A stretch of DNA of 49,607 nucleotides from Thermoplasmata archaeon (lineage in GTDB: Archaea; Thermoplasmatota; Thermoplasmata; UBA10834). The notes below the pieces were generated by a model. That model was not told where the DNA came from and did no database searches. It was given only the letters and a program-made list of their open reading frames with translations. The stretch covers positions 1 to 49,607 of the forward strand of contig JACZKW010000104.1 in assembly GCA_014859835.1 (NCBI GenBank). The letters run 5' to 3'. Below are positions 18,210-27,194 of the stretch, one piece after another; within the stretch, counting starts at the first letter, position 1, and each line of letters starts with the position of its first letter. Made by a program: the position numbers and the translations under genes.

Positions 18210-20086
18210 TGGGCATGCCGACGAGGACACTGAGGACAACACACGTCATCATCAAGGTAAGGGGCCTCAAGAAGTACTTCGAGCTGAAGAAAGGGTTCTT
18301 CTCGTTCGGAAAGGAACCCATCATGATCAAAGCGGTCGATGATGTCAACTTCGACATCCGATCTGGCGAAGTGATTGGACTCGTCGGAGAGAGCGGATGC
18401 GGCAAGACAACGGTTGGCAGGCTGCTTACGCGGCTCGAGGATCCCACCGAAGGCTTTGTGTTCTTCCTGGGCAGAGACATAGCACTCTTGGAAGGGCAGG
18501 ATATCAAGGTATTCAGACGCAATATACAGATGGTCTTCCAGGACCCTTACGAGTCACTCAACCCGAGAAACGCCGTGCTCCAGACAGTCATGGAACCTCT
18601 CGTAAACCACAACATAGGAGATACCCTGGAAGATAGGGTAGAGATGGTCATCCAAGCGCTAGAGGACGCCGGGTTGGCGCCTGCGAAGGAATATCTGGAA
18701 AGGTTCCCCCACGAACTCAGCGGTGGTCAGAGACAACGTGTGTCGATCGCGCGTGCGCTCGTGATCAAGCCCAAGGTCATAGTTGCCGACGAACCCGTTT
18801 CCATGTTAGACGTCTCGATACGGGCAGGTGTGTTGAACCTCATGCTGGACCTGAGGGACAAATACGGCATACCATACCTATTCATCACCCACGACATCGC
18901 AGTCGCTAGATATGTCAGCGACCGGCTGGCGGTCATGTACCTCGGCAGAGTGGTGGAGATCGGGGAAACAGACCGCATAATACTCTCACCGAAACATCCA
19001 TACACGCAAGCTCTTATCTCTGCCGTACCTGTCCCTGACCCTGATGCAAAGCATGGACGGATCAAGATCAAGGGAGAGGTGCCGAGCGCTGCTAATATTC
19101 CGCTCGGGTGTCGGTTCAGACCGAGGTGCCCGCAGGCCTTCGAGGATTGTGGGTGGCAGGGAGAAGATCTGGTCGAATGGCTGGAAGAGAATGGCCTTTT
19201 GGGATCGGACAGTGTACTTACCGCGGAGGTGCGCAAGCTTCACCCCGATGAATTCGTGCTGGGATTCCATCTCAAGGAAGGCAAGGACTCGGAGAAGGTC
19301 CTCAGGTTCATCAGGGAAAGAACTTCTCAGGCCAGCGGCACGAACCCGATGTTCAGGGCGATCGAGAGGATCGACAAAACCTTGACTGACCGGATCATCG
19401 AGATACGATGCAAATCGGCCGAGTTGTCCGCCAGTGACCTCGCAGCCGAACTATTCACGGAACTCGAATCAATCGTACGCCACAAGGAGATCGACCATCC
19501 GATGCATGATATCATCACTGGCATGCGCAGGGAAAACAACAAGTTGACCGTGGATGTCGGTGGTGGGACTGCCGAGAACCTCAACACGATAGAGGCTTTC
19601 CTCAAGGATTTCGTCAAACATTACCGCAAGATGAGCAGACCGGAGTTCAAGGGCGTAAAGACAATCTCACCCAGCTCCTCTGGTAAGACGGTCACGGCCA
19701 CCTGCAATGATTCCAAGGAGCCAGCGTACAAAGTGGCCAAGGATGTCTCCGCCCTGATCACGAATGCCTACGTCAAAGAGGACATGGACGGTCTAGGAGG
19801 ACTCCTGCTTCCAATCAAGGTCAAAGGCAGCCGAATCACTGTAAGGATAATGGGCTCGGATGAGAACTGGAAGAAGCTGGAATCAAGCCTCAAGAGCTTC
19901 CTGCGTGCGAGGAGCGAGAGCGGCGAGCACAGATGCGCGGCAGCCGTGTCAGACATCTCAATCAAGTCGACAAAGGCGAAGCAGAGCGCCATCGTCGTGA
20001 AGTTCAGGACTGTTGCTGAGCCGCCCCAGTTCGATGTTGGCGAACAGCAGGTTGCATGCTATCTGTATAAAGACAGCGCAGTATGA
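18206..20086 (+). CDS. oppF: Peptide ABC ATPase (OppF/DppF) with ~285-aa insertion in the C-terminal Cys domain
   Basis: GESGCGKT, FPHELSGGQRQR, ADEPVSMLDVSIRA, HPYT, and GCRFRPRC...C[insert]EPP...VACYLY. The start may be 18215. Confidence 0.9.
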   Translation: MMGMPTRTLRTTHVIIKVRGLKKYFELKKGFFSFGKEPIMIKAVDDVNFDIRSGEVIGLVGESGCGKTTVGRLLTRLEDPTEGFVFFLGRDIALLEGQDIKVFRRNIQMVFQDPYESLNPRNAVLQTVMEPLVNHNIGDTLEDRVEMVIQALEDAGLAPAKEYLERFPHELSGGQRQRVSIARALVIKPKVIVADEPVSMLDVSIRAGVLNLMLDLRDKYGIPYLFITHDIAVARYVSDRLAVMYLGRVVEIGETDRIILSPKHPYTQALISAVPVPDPDAKHGRIKIKGEVPSAANIPLGCRFRPRCPQAFEDCGWQGEDLVEWLEENGLLGSDSVLTAEVRKLHPDEFVLGFHLKEGKDSEKVLRFIRERTSQASGTNPMFRAIERIDKTLTDRIIEIRCKSAELSASDLAAELFTELESIVRHKEIDHPMHDIITGMRRENNKLTVDVGGGTAENLNTIEAFLKDFVKHYRKMSRPEFKGVKTISPSSSGKTVTATCNDSKEPAYKVAKDVSALITNAYVKEDMDGLGGLLLPIKVKGSRITVRIMGSDENWKKLESSLKSFLRARSESGEHRCAAAVSDISIKSTKAKQSAIVVKFRTVAEPPQFDVGEQQVACYLYKDSAV

Positions 20087-20721
20087 TTCCTTTCAGATCG
20101 GAGGGGAGGAAGGCAGATAACTTGAGCGTGATTGCGGAGCTCAGGAGAAGATGGTTCGTATCGACGCTAAGCATAGCAGCTGCAATCTTCTTCACGGGGG
20201 CGCTGATTGTATCCGCCTATACTTACGTCAATGTCATGGATGCGAATGAGAGCGTCGTCCTCATGAACGCAGTCGAGAGCGCAGAAATGCTCGATAATGG
20301 CTCGCTCTTGGTGACGATCCAGATCCAGCTGGACAATCCGTCGGATCTTGAGCTCAGCATCTCCACGGTCAGCTGGACGGTGGCGATATGGAATTACACC
20401 GACGGTGTGAACATCATCCCAGTCGCGAGTGCCTATAACGGGACAGGGGATGGGCTCACTGTCAAGAAGAAGAGCGTCGAGACATTCACGTATCAAGTCA
20501 TTGTCTCTGACTCGACCAGGCTTGCCAACATAGATGGTTTCATCAACTACTCCATGACCCAGGGCCAGGATTACACATTGGAGACCGTACCATACGTACA
20601 CGACTTCAGGGTCACGGGCTGGATAGCCGATTACCCTCATGACTACCAGACATACCGAGAGACATACCTCAACGACATGGCCAGGATAGATCTGAGTTAC
20701 CGGGATGGTGAGTATCTGTGA
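20083..20721 (+). CDS. Membrane-anchored hypothetical protein (N-terminal TM, beta-rich ectodomain, LEA-2-like)
   Basis: Single TM segment after RRRW, then a beta-strand pattern (VTIQIQLDNPSDLELSI). The true start may be 20122 or 20128. Confidence 0.7.
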   Translation: MIPFRSEGRKADNLSVIAELRRRWFVSTLSIAAAIFFTGALIVSAYTYVNVMDANESVVLMNAVESAEMLDNGSLLVTIQIQLDNPSDLELSISTVSWTVAIWNYTDGVNIIPVASAYNGTGDGLTVKKKSVETFTYQVIVSDSTRLANIDGFINYSMTQGQDYTLETVPYVHDFRVTGWIADYPHDYQTYRETYLNDMARIDLSYRDGEYL

Positions 20722-21170
20722 AGATCAGGAGGGAGGATTGGATCAGGATGTTCACGGTGGCCCTATTCAGCGCGCCCGCCATCGCGTTCATGACCTTCGA
20801 TTTCGTATTCCCCAACATCTCGTCCCCATCGCTGGGGAAGAACTTGCTGGCGGCGTTTCTTCTTGCAGCGCTATTCGGGATGCCCTCAGGATACCTGACC
20901 AGGAGGACGGACCTCGCAATAGTGACCGTGATACTCTACGTCTTCATCGGCTACATACTATCGATCATCGCATACTCGACCCCGTTCCTGTTCTACGATT
21001 TCAGGATCATCTTCCCAGACCTGTACATCATGTTCTTCCTGAACATGACAGTCATACTCTTGATGCTCTTCGTCTTCGCGGGGTTCATCGGCGTTATTAT
21101 GGGGCAGTTGCTCGCAGAATCTTTCGAGAAGGAAGAGACATCTCAGTCATTCTCCAGGGGACGCATGTGA
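20718..21170 (+). CDS. Hypothetical 4-TM membrane protein
   Basis: Four hydrophobic segments. GTGA overlap with the upstream gene and a GGTGAG RBS. Confidence 0.75.
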   Translation: MKIRREDWIRMFTVALFSAPAIAFMTFDFVFPNISSPSLGKNLLAAFLLAALFGMPSGYLTRRTDLAIVTVILYVFIGYILSIIAYSTPFLFYDFRIIFPDLYIMFFLNMTVILLMLFVFAGFIGVIMGQLLAESFEKEETSQSFSRGRM

Positions 21171-21225
21171 CCAACGGGCCATGTTAATGGGAAAATGATT
21201 TCTATATCCAGGCGCATCGGAGGCG

Positions 21226-22125
21226 ATGATGAAGGGCATCGCTGACCTCCACACGCACACGAAGTACTCCGGTATGTCCAAGATCCTGTTTCTGGAACTG
21301 CCCGATTGCGTCTCCGAGCCAAGGGAAGTCGTCGAAGCAGCGGAGAGGAGAGGGCTCAATGTGCTCTGTGTGACGGATCACAACAGCATCAGAGGAGGCC
21401 TTGAGGCACAGAAATATGCGAAATCTGTCGAAGTCGTCGTCGGAGAGGAGATACTCACGGCAGATGGTGAGCTCCTGGGGTTATTCCTGAGCGAGAATGT
21501 TCCGAAAGGACTCTCGGTCGAGGAGACCATAGACATTGTGCATGGCATGGGTGGCGTGGCCATAGCCCCTCATCCATTCAGTTCGCATTGCAGCGCTCTC
21601 GGAGACAGGATATTGAATCTAAATTTAGATGGTGTCGAAGTATTCAACGCATTCCACAGGGACCGGTACTCTAACGATCTAGCCATGCAGAAGTGCAGGG
21701 GCATCGAGACGGCACTGACCGGCAGCAGCGACGCACACGCACCCATGATGGTTGGGGACTGCTGTACGACTTTTGAGGGCACGACGGCAGAGGACCTGAG
21801 AAAGGCGATCGTGAACAAAAAGACGAACTACGAAGGACGGTACACTAGCCTGAAGGACGTTGTCTGGATGACGACCATTCTTGTGCGGAGGCTCCAGAGC
21901 GCCATCTTCAGGTCGATGATTTACAAGGAGTGCGCGGACGACGCGGAGTACATCGCAGAGGTCTGGAAGATGAGAAAGATCACCAAACTCATCTCTCTGG
22001 CAGGATCCGTGGCGTTCCTGATCCCACCCACGAGCTTCGTCGCGAGCGTGATAGGTGATAGGCTGCACACTTCGCACTCCAGATTGAACTGGCTACAGCA
22101 CAACGGCGACAATCTATCTCGTTGA
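21226..22125 (+). CDS. PHP-domain metal-dependent phosphoesterase
   Basis: DLHTHTKYS, VTDHNS, GEEI, APHPF, EVFNA and GSSDAH. Confidence 0.9.
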   Translation: MMKGIADLHTHTKYSGMSKILFLELPDCVSEPREVVEAAERRGLNVLCVTDHNSIRGGLEAQKYAKSVEVVVGEEILTADGELLGLFLSENVPKGLSVEETIDIVHGMGGVAIAPHPFSSHCSALGDRILNLNLDGVEVFNAFHRDRYSNDLAMQKCRGIETALTGSSDAHAPMMVGDCCTTFEGTTAEDLRKAIVNKKTNYEGRYTSLKDVVWMTTILVRRLQSAIFRSMIYKECADDAEYIAEVWKMRKITKLISLAGSVAFLIPPTSFVASVIGDRLHTSHSRLNWLQHNGDNLSR

Positions 22126-22155
22126 GATGAGATGGCCGAGATCATCATCCGAATC

Positions 22156-22179
22156 CATCGCCTATCTTGTTAGGCGATG
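22156..22179. promoter_or_regulatory. 9-bp perfect inverted repeat abutting an AT-rich box upstream of the Fe-S gene
   Basis: CATCGCCTA-N6-TAGGCGATG followed by ATTATTAT. Confidence 0.45.
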
Positions 22180-22238
22180 ATTATTATCGTTTCAGACCGC
22201 ATGGATGTCGTACATGAGTCGAAATCAGAGGTGAATGG

Positions 22239-22985
22239 ATGCCTGTCAGGAAGATCATCGAGATAGACGAGGACAAATGTGATGGCTGCGGCCAGTGCGT
22301 GCTCGCGTGCGCGGAAGGAGCTCTCAAGATAGTGGATGGGAAGGCAAAGGTCATCAGCGAGGCCTTCTGTGATGGACTCGGAGCATGCATGGGTGATTGC
22401 CCGAGAGATGCGCTCAGGATCGTGGAGAGGGAATCATCTGCCTTCGATGAGGAAGCGGTGAAGGACCACCTCAAGAGCCAGGGACACACGGGCATAGAGA
22501 ATGTTGCTCATGATCATTCATCTGAGGCGCCCTGCGGATGCCCATCCTCGGAGCCCATGGTTGTAAGGAAGATCACCCAACTTGGATCCATGGGAGATGA
22601 GAGTGATAGATCGCACACACCGTCGGAATTGACCAACTGGCCGGTGCAGTGGAAGCTGATCCAGCCAGGATCGGCATTCTACAAGAATGCTGACATCCTG
22701 GTCGCGGCAGACTGCGTCCCATTCGCGTTCGGGGGATTCCACAAGAGATTCCTCAAGGGGAAGCCGATGGTCATAGGGTGTCCCAAGCTCGATGACCAGG
22801 AAGCGTATTTGGCAAAGCTAACCGCACTCTTCCAGGAGGCTGCCCCTAAGAGCGTTCATGTTGTCATAATGGAGGTTCCATGCTGCAATAGCCTGATGCG
22901 CATGGTCACCGAAGCCATGAAGAGGGCGGGCAGGACCGCCCCGATCAAGGTCACGGTGGTCGGTATAGACGGGCGGGTCATCTAG
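22239..22985 (+). CDS. 2[4Fe-4S] ferredoxin-domain protein with C-terminal Cys domain
   Basis: CDGCGQCVLAC and CDGLGACMGDCP, then NWPVQ, ADCVPFA, GCPKLD and MEVPCC. Confidence 0.9.
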   Translation: MPVRKIIEIDEDKCDGCGQCVLACAEGALKIVDGKAKVISEAFCDGLGACMGDCPRDALRIVERESSAFDEEAVKDHLKSQGHTGIENVAHDHSSEAPCGCPSSEPMVVRKITQLGSMGDESDRSHTPSELTNWPVQWKLIQPGSAFYKNADILVAADCVPFAFGGFHKRFLKGKPMVIGCPKLDDQEAYLAKLTALFQEAAPKSVHVVIMEVPCCNSLMRMVTEAMKRAGRTAPIKVTVVGIDGRVI

Positions 22986-23043
22986 GATTCGGGGTAGTGC
23001 GGGCGTATAGGATAAAAGACAGGGGACACATTGGGGTAGCTCA

Positions 23044-23604
23044 ATGCCGCTCGAGATCACCTGGACCAGGACCGCGATGAAGATACCTTCGCCTGTGAGG
23101 AAGACCCTGGAGGCGCGTCTGGGAAGATTGCATAGATACTTCCCAGAGATCAGACCGAAGATGAAGATCGGCATCACGAAGGCATATGAGGGTTCCGTCT
23201 TCCAAGCTGAGGACGGTTTTGTCAAGTTGATGCTGGAGGTTCGCAGGACACGAGACGGAAGATGGAAGCTTCCGACCTATTGGACCATGGCTCATGAGTT
23301 GATGCACTTGGCCCAGTTCAATACTAAAGGATTGCCTGGAGGCGAAAGGGCATGCGATGTATACGCAATGACCAGACTACCACCACGGTTCATCGATGAA
23401 TCTCCTAGCTATCTGACCGTCCCAAAGGGATTGAGAGGGAATTGGGAGGCCGAGCATGCGAGAACCGCCCATGAGGTCGCCGTCCAGGCCATACAACAAC
23501 GGTCGGAAGGGCTACGGAGATATGCGAACTGGTGGGAGACAGAGTTCGAACGAAGGGTCCTTCAATCCAATGGAAAGGGAAGATCGAAGCGCATGCAGAA
23601 ATGA
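23044..23604 (+). CDS. Basic HExxH zincin-like putative metalloprotein
   Basis: TMAHELMHLAQ followed by GERACD (candidate third ligand E). Confidence 0.65.
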   Translation: MPLEITWTRTAMKIPSPVRKTLEARLGRLHRYFPEIRPKMKIGITKAYEGSVFQAEDGFVKLMLEVRRTRDGRWKLPTYWTMAHELMHLAQFNTKGLPGGERACDVYAMTRLPPRFIDESPSYLTVPKGLRGNWEAEHARTAHEVAVQAIQQRSEGLRRYANWWETEFERRVLQSNGKGRSKRMQK

Positions 23605-23676
23605 TTCATATCATGAAAACGCTTACTGCACCCAGAGGATTCGGCTCGGGAGAGTGGTGAGATCAACAAGGGCCTT

Positions 23677-24585
23677 GTGCTCTCTGGACAGATCGTCGCG
23701 GCAATTATGCTATGGATAGCCAATTACTACTATCCCGACCAGTACATCGAAAAGGGATTCTTCACATTCCTGGCGCTCGCGATAATATATTTCGTCTTCA
23801 AGCTGGCCCTTGAGCACTTCCTGGCCCGGAGCATCAAGGACGGAAAGACCAAGTATTCTGTTAGAAAGGCGGTATCTATCATCTATGTTCTGGTCTTCTT
23901 TGCCATATTGACCCAGATCTGGGCAACGAGCACGGATGCCCTATTCGTATCATATGGAATAATGGGTGCAGGGATCGCAATCGCATTGCAGGACCTCTTC
24001 AAGAACTTCGTGGGAGGATTGACGATCTTCCTTACCAGCATATACAGGGTCGGCGACCGTGTTGAAATCGATTCGAGATTCGGGGACGTAATCGATATCG
24101 GTATGATGTACACGACGCTTCTTGAGATAAGAGAGTGGGTAGATGGGGACCAGGCAACCGGACGACTATCGATGATGCCGAACGGTGTAGTTCTATCCAA
24201 GAGCGTCATCAACTACACGAAGGATCATAGCTTCATATGGGACGAGATCACATTGCCGCTGACCTATGAATCCGATTGGAGGGAGGCCGCGAAGGTCTTC
24301 GAGAACATCGCGCGAAAGGAGACGGAGCGTTATGTGGCAGATGCGGAGACGCAGATGGCGGCAATCATGCAGAAGTACTATTTCTCGGCTCGCGCGGTCG
24401 AGCCTGCCGTCTTTGTCACCGTCACGGACAATTGGATCGCTCTTAGTATCAGGTACATCACCGACGCCAGGCACAGACGGGAAATCAAGAGCGAATTACA
24501 TCAGCTGATCAAGGCGCACATCGAGGCTTCTGAGGGGAAGATAGTCATAGCCTCCGAGTCAATGACAGTGGCGATGCCCCACTAA
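23677..24585 (+). CDS. mscS: Small-conductance mechanosensitive channel
   Basis: GIAIALQDLFKNFVGG, YRVGDRVEI...GDV.DIG..YT and PN......V.NY. Start uncertain. Confidence 0.88.
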   Translation: MLSGQIVAAIMLWIANYYYPDQYIEKGFFTFLALAIIYFVFKLALEHFLARSIKDGKTKYSVRKAVSIIYVLVFFAILTQIWATSTDALFVSYGIMGAGIAIALQDLFKNFVGGLTIFLTSIYRVGDRVEIDSRFGDVIDIGMMYTTLLEIREWVDGDQATGRLSMMPNGVVLSKSVINYTKDHSFIWDEITLPLTYESDWREAAKVFENIARKETERYVADAETQMAAIMQKYYFSARAVEPAVFVTVTDNWIALSIRYITDARHRREIKSELHQLIKAHIEASEGKIVIASESMTVAMPH

Positions 24586-24706
24586 TAGCACGAAGAGAGA
24601 CCTGATGATTGAGCGGGTCATCGCATCTGAATAACTTTCCCACATGAGTCAGAATGAAAATATATGGAATAGAAAGGGTTTGATGTACGCGTCGCGGAGT
24701 CGTTTC

Positions 24707-25174
24707 TCACTCGAACTCTCTCTTCGACACCGCAATCAGGATTATCCCAATCAGTGCAAAGATTCCGAACCCGAGCAACGCGAAGATTCCGCCAAGTATT
24801 GCTAGTCCAAAGTGTCTCCGCATGATTCCGAATATTCCACCAAGTACACCTATCAGACCCATGACCAGCAATATGATGCCACAAGTCGCCATGGCGTCCT
24901 CGAGCACCTCCACTTCTTCGACATCGACGAGCATGATGCTGTCAAGAGCACCAATGCTCCCCACGAGAGCAAGGCCCATGAGGACAACGAGGAGAGCACC
25001 AATCAGTATGAGCACACCGCCCACGACGGGCAACATGGTCTTCTTGACAGGAGCCACCCCGGCAACTGGCACTCGATAATCATGGCCACAATGCTGGCAT
25101 ACGTTCGCATCATTCGATATTTCCTTTCCACACGACACGCAATGTCTAGCGCTTGGTTGCGCTGAGGTCCCCAT
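24707..25174 (-). CDS. Zinc-ribbon plus multi-TM membrane protein
   Basis: CVSCG...ANVCQHCG followed by three hydrophobic segments. GAGGTG RBS precedes ATG 25174. Confidence 0.8.
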   Translation of the reverse strand: MGTSAQPSARHCVSCGKEISNDANVCQHCGHDYRVPVAGVAPVKKTMLPVVGGVLILIGALLVVLMGLALVGSIGALDSIMLVDVEEVEVLEDAMATCGIILLVMGLIGVLGGIFGIMRRHFGLAILGGIFALLGFGIFALIGIILIAVSKREFE

Positions 25175-25300
25175 CCTTAACACCTCTTTGCCGATACAGC
25201 GGGCATCACCATGGGTGAAGACCAGCTTCCGGCAGTACTGTAATCGAATTGGCTTAGATAAAGAACCTTCGATAGAAATGGCGATCTGATGAATCGAGCG

Positions 25301-25450
25301 CTATTCGTCCCTATTCGTGTTGGCTTCGCCCTCTTCGCGGAGGTCGCCTATCACCCCGACCGATTCACTCAACCATCTGGTGGGTCTACTCCTGAAGGGT
25401 GACGAGCTAATGATCGCGCGCAACCCTCGGGAAACCTTCCTAACCATCAC
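25301..25450 (-). CDS. Possible small hypothetical protein (~49 aa)
   Basis: GGTGAG RBS 6 nt before GTG/ATG. No recognisable motif. Confidence 0.3.
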   Translation of the reverse strand: MMVRKVSRGLRAIISSSPFRSRPTRWLSESVGVIGDLREEGEANTNRDE

Positions 25451-25639
25451 GATATTCTCACCAGTCGTCCGGAGATTGGCGATCTTGTCATTGGTGGCTC
25501 GATCGTGATCGGAGATATGCAAGCGATTGGCTGACGACTTGATTATGTCATTACGGACGTTCAGGAAAGACGCATGGCCAACATCGTCTCTCGCTCGAGC
25601 TACATGGCGGGCTGAATGCCGCAGGATTTGACGAATGGA

Positions 25640-25717
25640 TGGCGGGCGCGAAGGGATTCGAACCCTTGACCACTTGCTTAGGAGGCAAGTGCCATATCCG
25701 GACTAGGCCACGCGCCC
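25640..25717 (-). tRNA. tRNA-Arg(CCT), CCA encoded
   Basis: The reverse complement GGGCGCG...CTTGC-CT-CCT-AA-GCAAG...AAGGG-TTCGAAT-CCCTT-CGCGCCC-G-CCA folds as a cloverleaf. Confidence 0.95.
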
Positions 25718-25776
25718 GTGATGGGATATTGAAAATAACAGGTTTGCGAAATAGAAAAGGTTTGTTCCAGGAAGGG

Positions 25777-26664
25777 TTACTCCTTCCGGTCCGCCTCGGT
25801 CAATTCCTCTGGAGCTTTCTCCTCACCCGTGGCATCATCCTTTGGAGCATCTTTCTTCTCTTCGGCCTTTGGCTCCTCCTTAGGAGCTTCCTTCTTCTCC
25901 TCGGCCTTCGGCTCCTCCTTCTTCTCGGGCTTGGTGTACTCTTCTATGAAAGCGACCGTTCCGGCATCCAGGGCGTCCCTGAGATCTGTCACGACCCTGT
26001 ACTTGCTCAGAATCCACTTCTGGTCGTACTTGCAGGCATCTGGCAATTTGAGCTTGTAATCCTTGCCATGGTGCTCGATGTCGAATCCTTCGGATGTGCC
26101 GTATGACATCTTGAGCACCAGTTCGACGACTTCCTTCGGCTTCGTGGGTTTCTCAGTGATCTTGTACTTGTATCTGAGTGTCCTTCCAGCAAGTCTGTTG
26201 TTGAAGTCCACCCTGACTCTTCCAGCAGTCACTGCGGTTATGGTGCCTGTCCGATTCCGAACGGTCACCTCGAGCCCTACCTGCGGCTCGATCTCTTGCT
26301 TCAGGAATTCACGGACCGGGTGAAGCTCCACGAGCTTCGCGTCCCTCGGGCCAGCAGCGTTCTCAGGAGGTATCGTGATTTCGTATTCTTTGCCTATGTC
26401 GGCCGTCAACATGTGCTCGTCGAGACCGGGGAACAATCTGCTCTTGCCGACCATGAGCGGTTGAGCGCCGTAGATCATCTTCTCGTTGTATATCTTGTTC
26501 TCCCTGGCAACAGTCTCACTGGTTGTGTCGAACAACTCACCTGTGTCATGTATCCAGGCGTCGAACTCTGCGAGTACGATATCTCCAGGGCGGATCTTGG
26601 AGTCGGAATCATGCTTCTTGTCGTCCTTAACGTGGTGCTTCTCTGCACCGTCCTTCTCAGTCAT
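25777..26664 (-). CDS. slyD: Long-type archaeal FKBP peptidyl-prolyl isomerase (SlyD-like)
   Basis: GELFDTT, LFPGLDE, IPPE.A.G.RD and VRVDFN..LAG.TL, with a Lys/Glu-rich repeated tail. Confidence 0.9.
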   Translation of the reverse strand: MTEKDGAEKHHVKDDKKHDSDSKIRPGDIVLAEFDAWIHDTGELFDTTSETVARENKIYNEKMIYGAQPLMVGKSRLFPGLDEHMLTADIGKEYEITIPPENAAGPRDAKLVELHPVREFLKQEIEPQVGLEVTVRNRTGTITAVTAGRVRVDFNNRLAGRTLRYKYKITEKPTKPKEVVELVLKMSYGTSEGFDIEHHGKDYKLKLPDACKYDQKWILSKYRVVTDLRDALDAGTVAFIEEYTKPEKKEEPKAEEKKEAPKEEPKAEEKKDAPKDDATGEEKAPEELTEADRKE

Positions 26665-26869
26665 GGGATTCTCACCGCTCTATGCGCATCTCTTGCGGAT
26701 ACTTAGCCATGATTTAAAGGTTATGCATATTTCGGGCAATACAACTCCGGCCCTGGCAAGTGAATCAGGGTCGTTTGCGATAATGGCCGATCACGTAAGA
26801 AAGCCCGTTATTTCTGAGCCGTCAAAAGCTATATGTGCTTCGCATCAATACTCAGCAACCCTCACACAC

Positions 26870-26942
26870 GCCACCGTAGCTCAGCTGGAAGAGCAGCTGA
26901 CTTGTAATCAGCAGGTCGGGAGTTCGAATCTCCCCGGTGGCT
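26870..26942 (+). tRNA. tRNA-Thr(TGT), CCA not encoded
   Basis: GCCACCG...GCTGA-CT-TGT-AA-TCAGC...GGGAG-TTCGAAT-CTCCC-CGGTGGC-T. A TATA-like GCTATATG lies upstream. Confidence 0.95.
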
Positions 26943-27194
26943 CTTCGATTCTTTTCGCATAGTAGTGAAAGCTGCACCTAATCGCTTTTGCACCCGCTTC
27001 AAGCATAATTGTAGACACATTATAATATTATTTCAATATGAATTGATAATCGCTACTACATCACACCTATTATTGGCAAATGTGACTGACAATTATTCTT
27101 AATACCATGGATTGCCATAAAAATATTAATATAGCATCGGGCGACTTCAAATCTCAATTACGCTGTGCGCAAAACGCACAGAGGGTGAGGGGAA

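Noticed and set aside
19148-20010. Intein in OppF (insert begins at a Cys)
   Set aside because: There is no terminal His-Asn followed by Cys/Ser/Thr, and no TxxH block B or LAGLIDADG motif. The Cys belongs to the Fe-S motif.
23613-23677. Frameshifted mscS N-terminus (ATG 23613 in another frame)
   Set aside because: No slippery site is evident, and the GTG start gives a plausible full-length channel. Evidence is insufficient.
25184-25639. RNase P or SRP RNA in the long spacer
   Set aside because: I could not find the conserved GAGGAAAGTCC or SRP helix-8 motifs on either strand.
25800-25935. Short direct DNA repeats as a CRISPR or mobile repeat
   Set aside because: They encode the low-complexity EEPKAEEKK tail of the FKBP.
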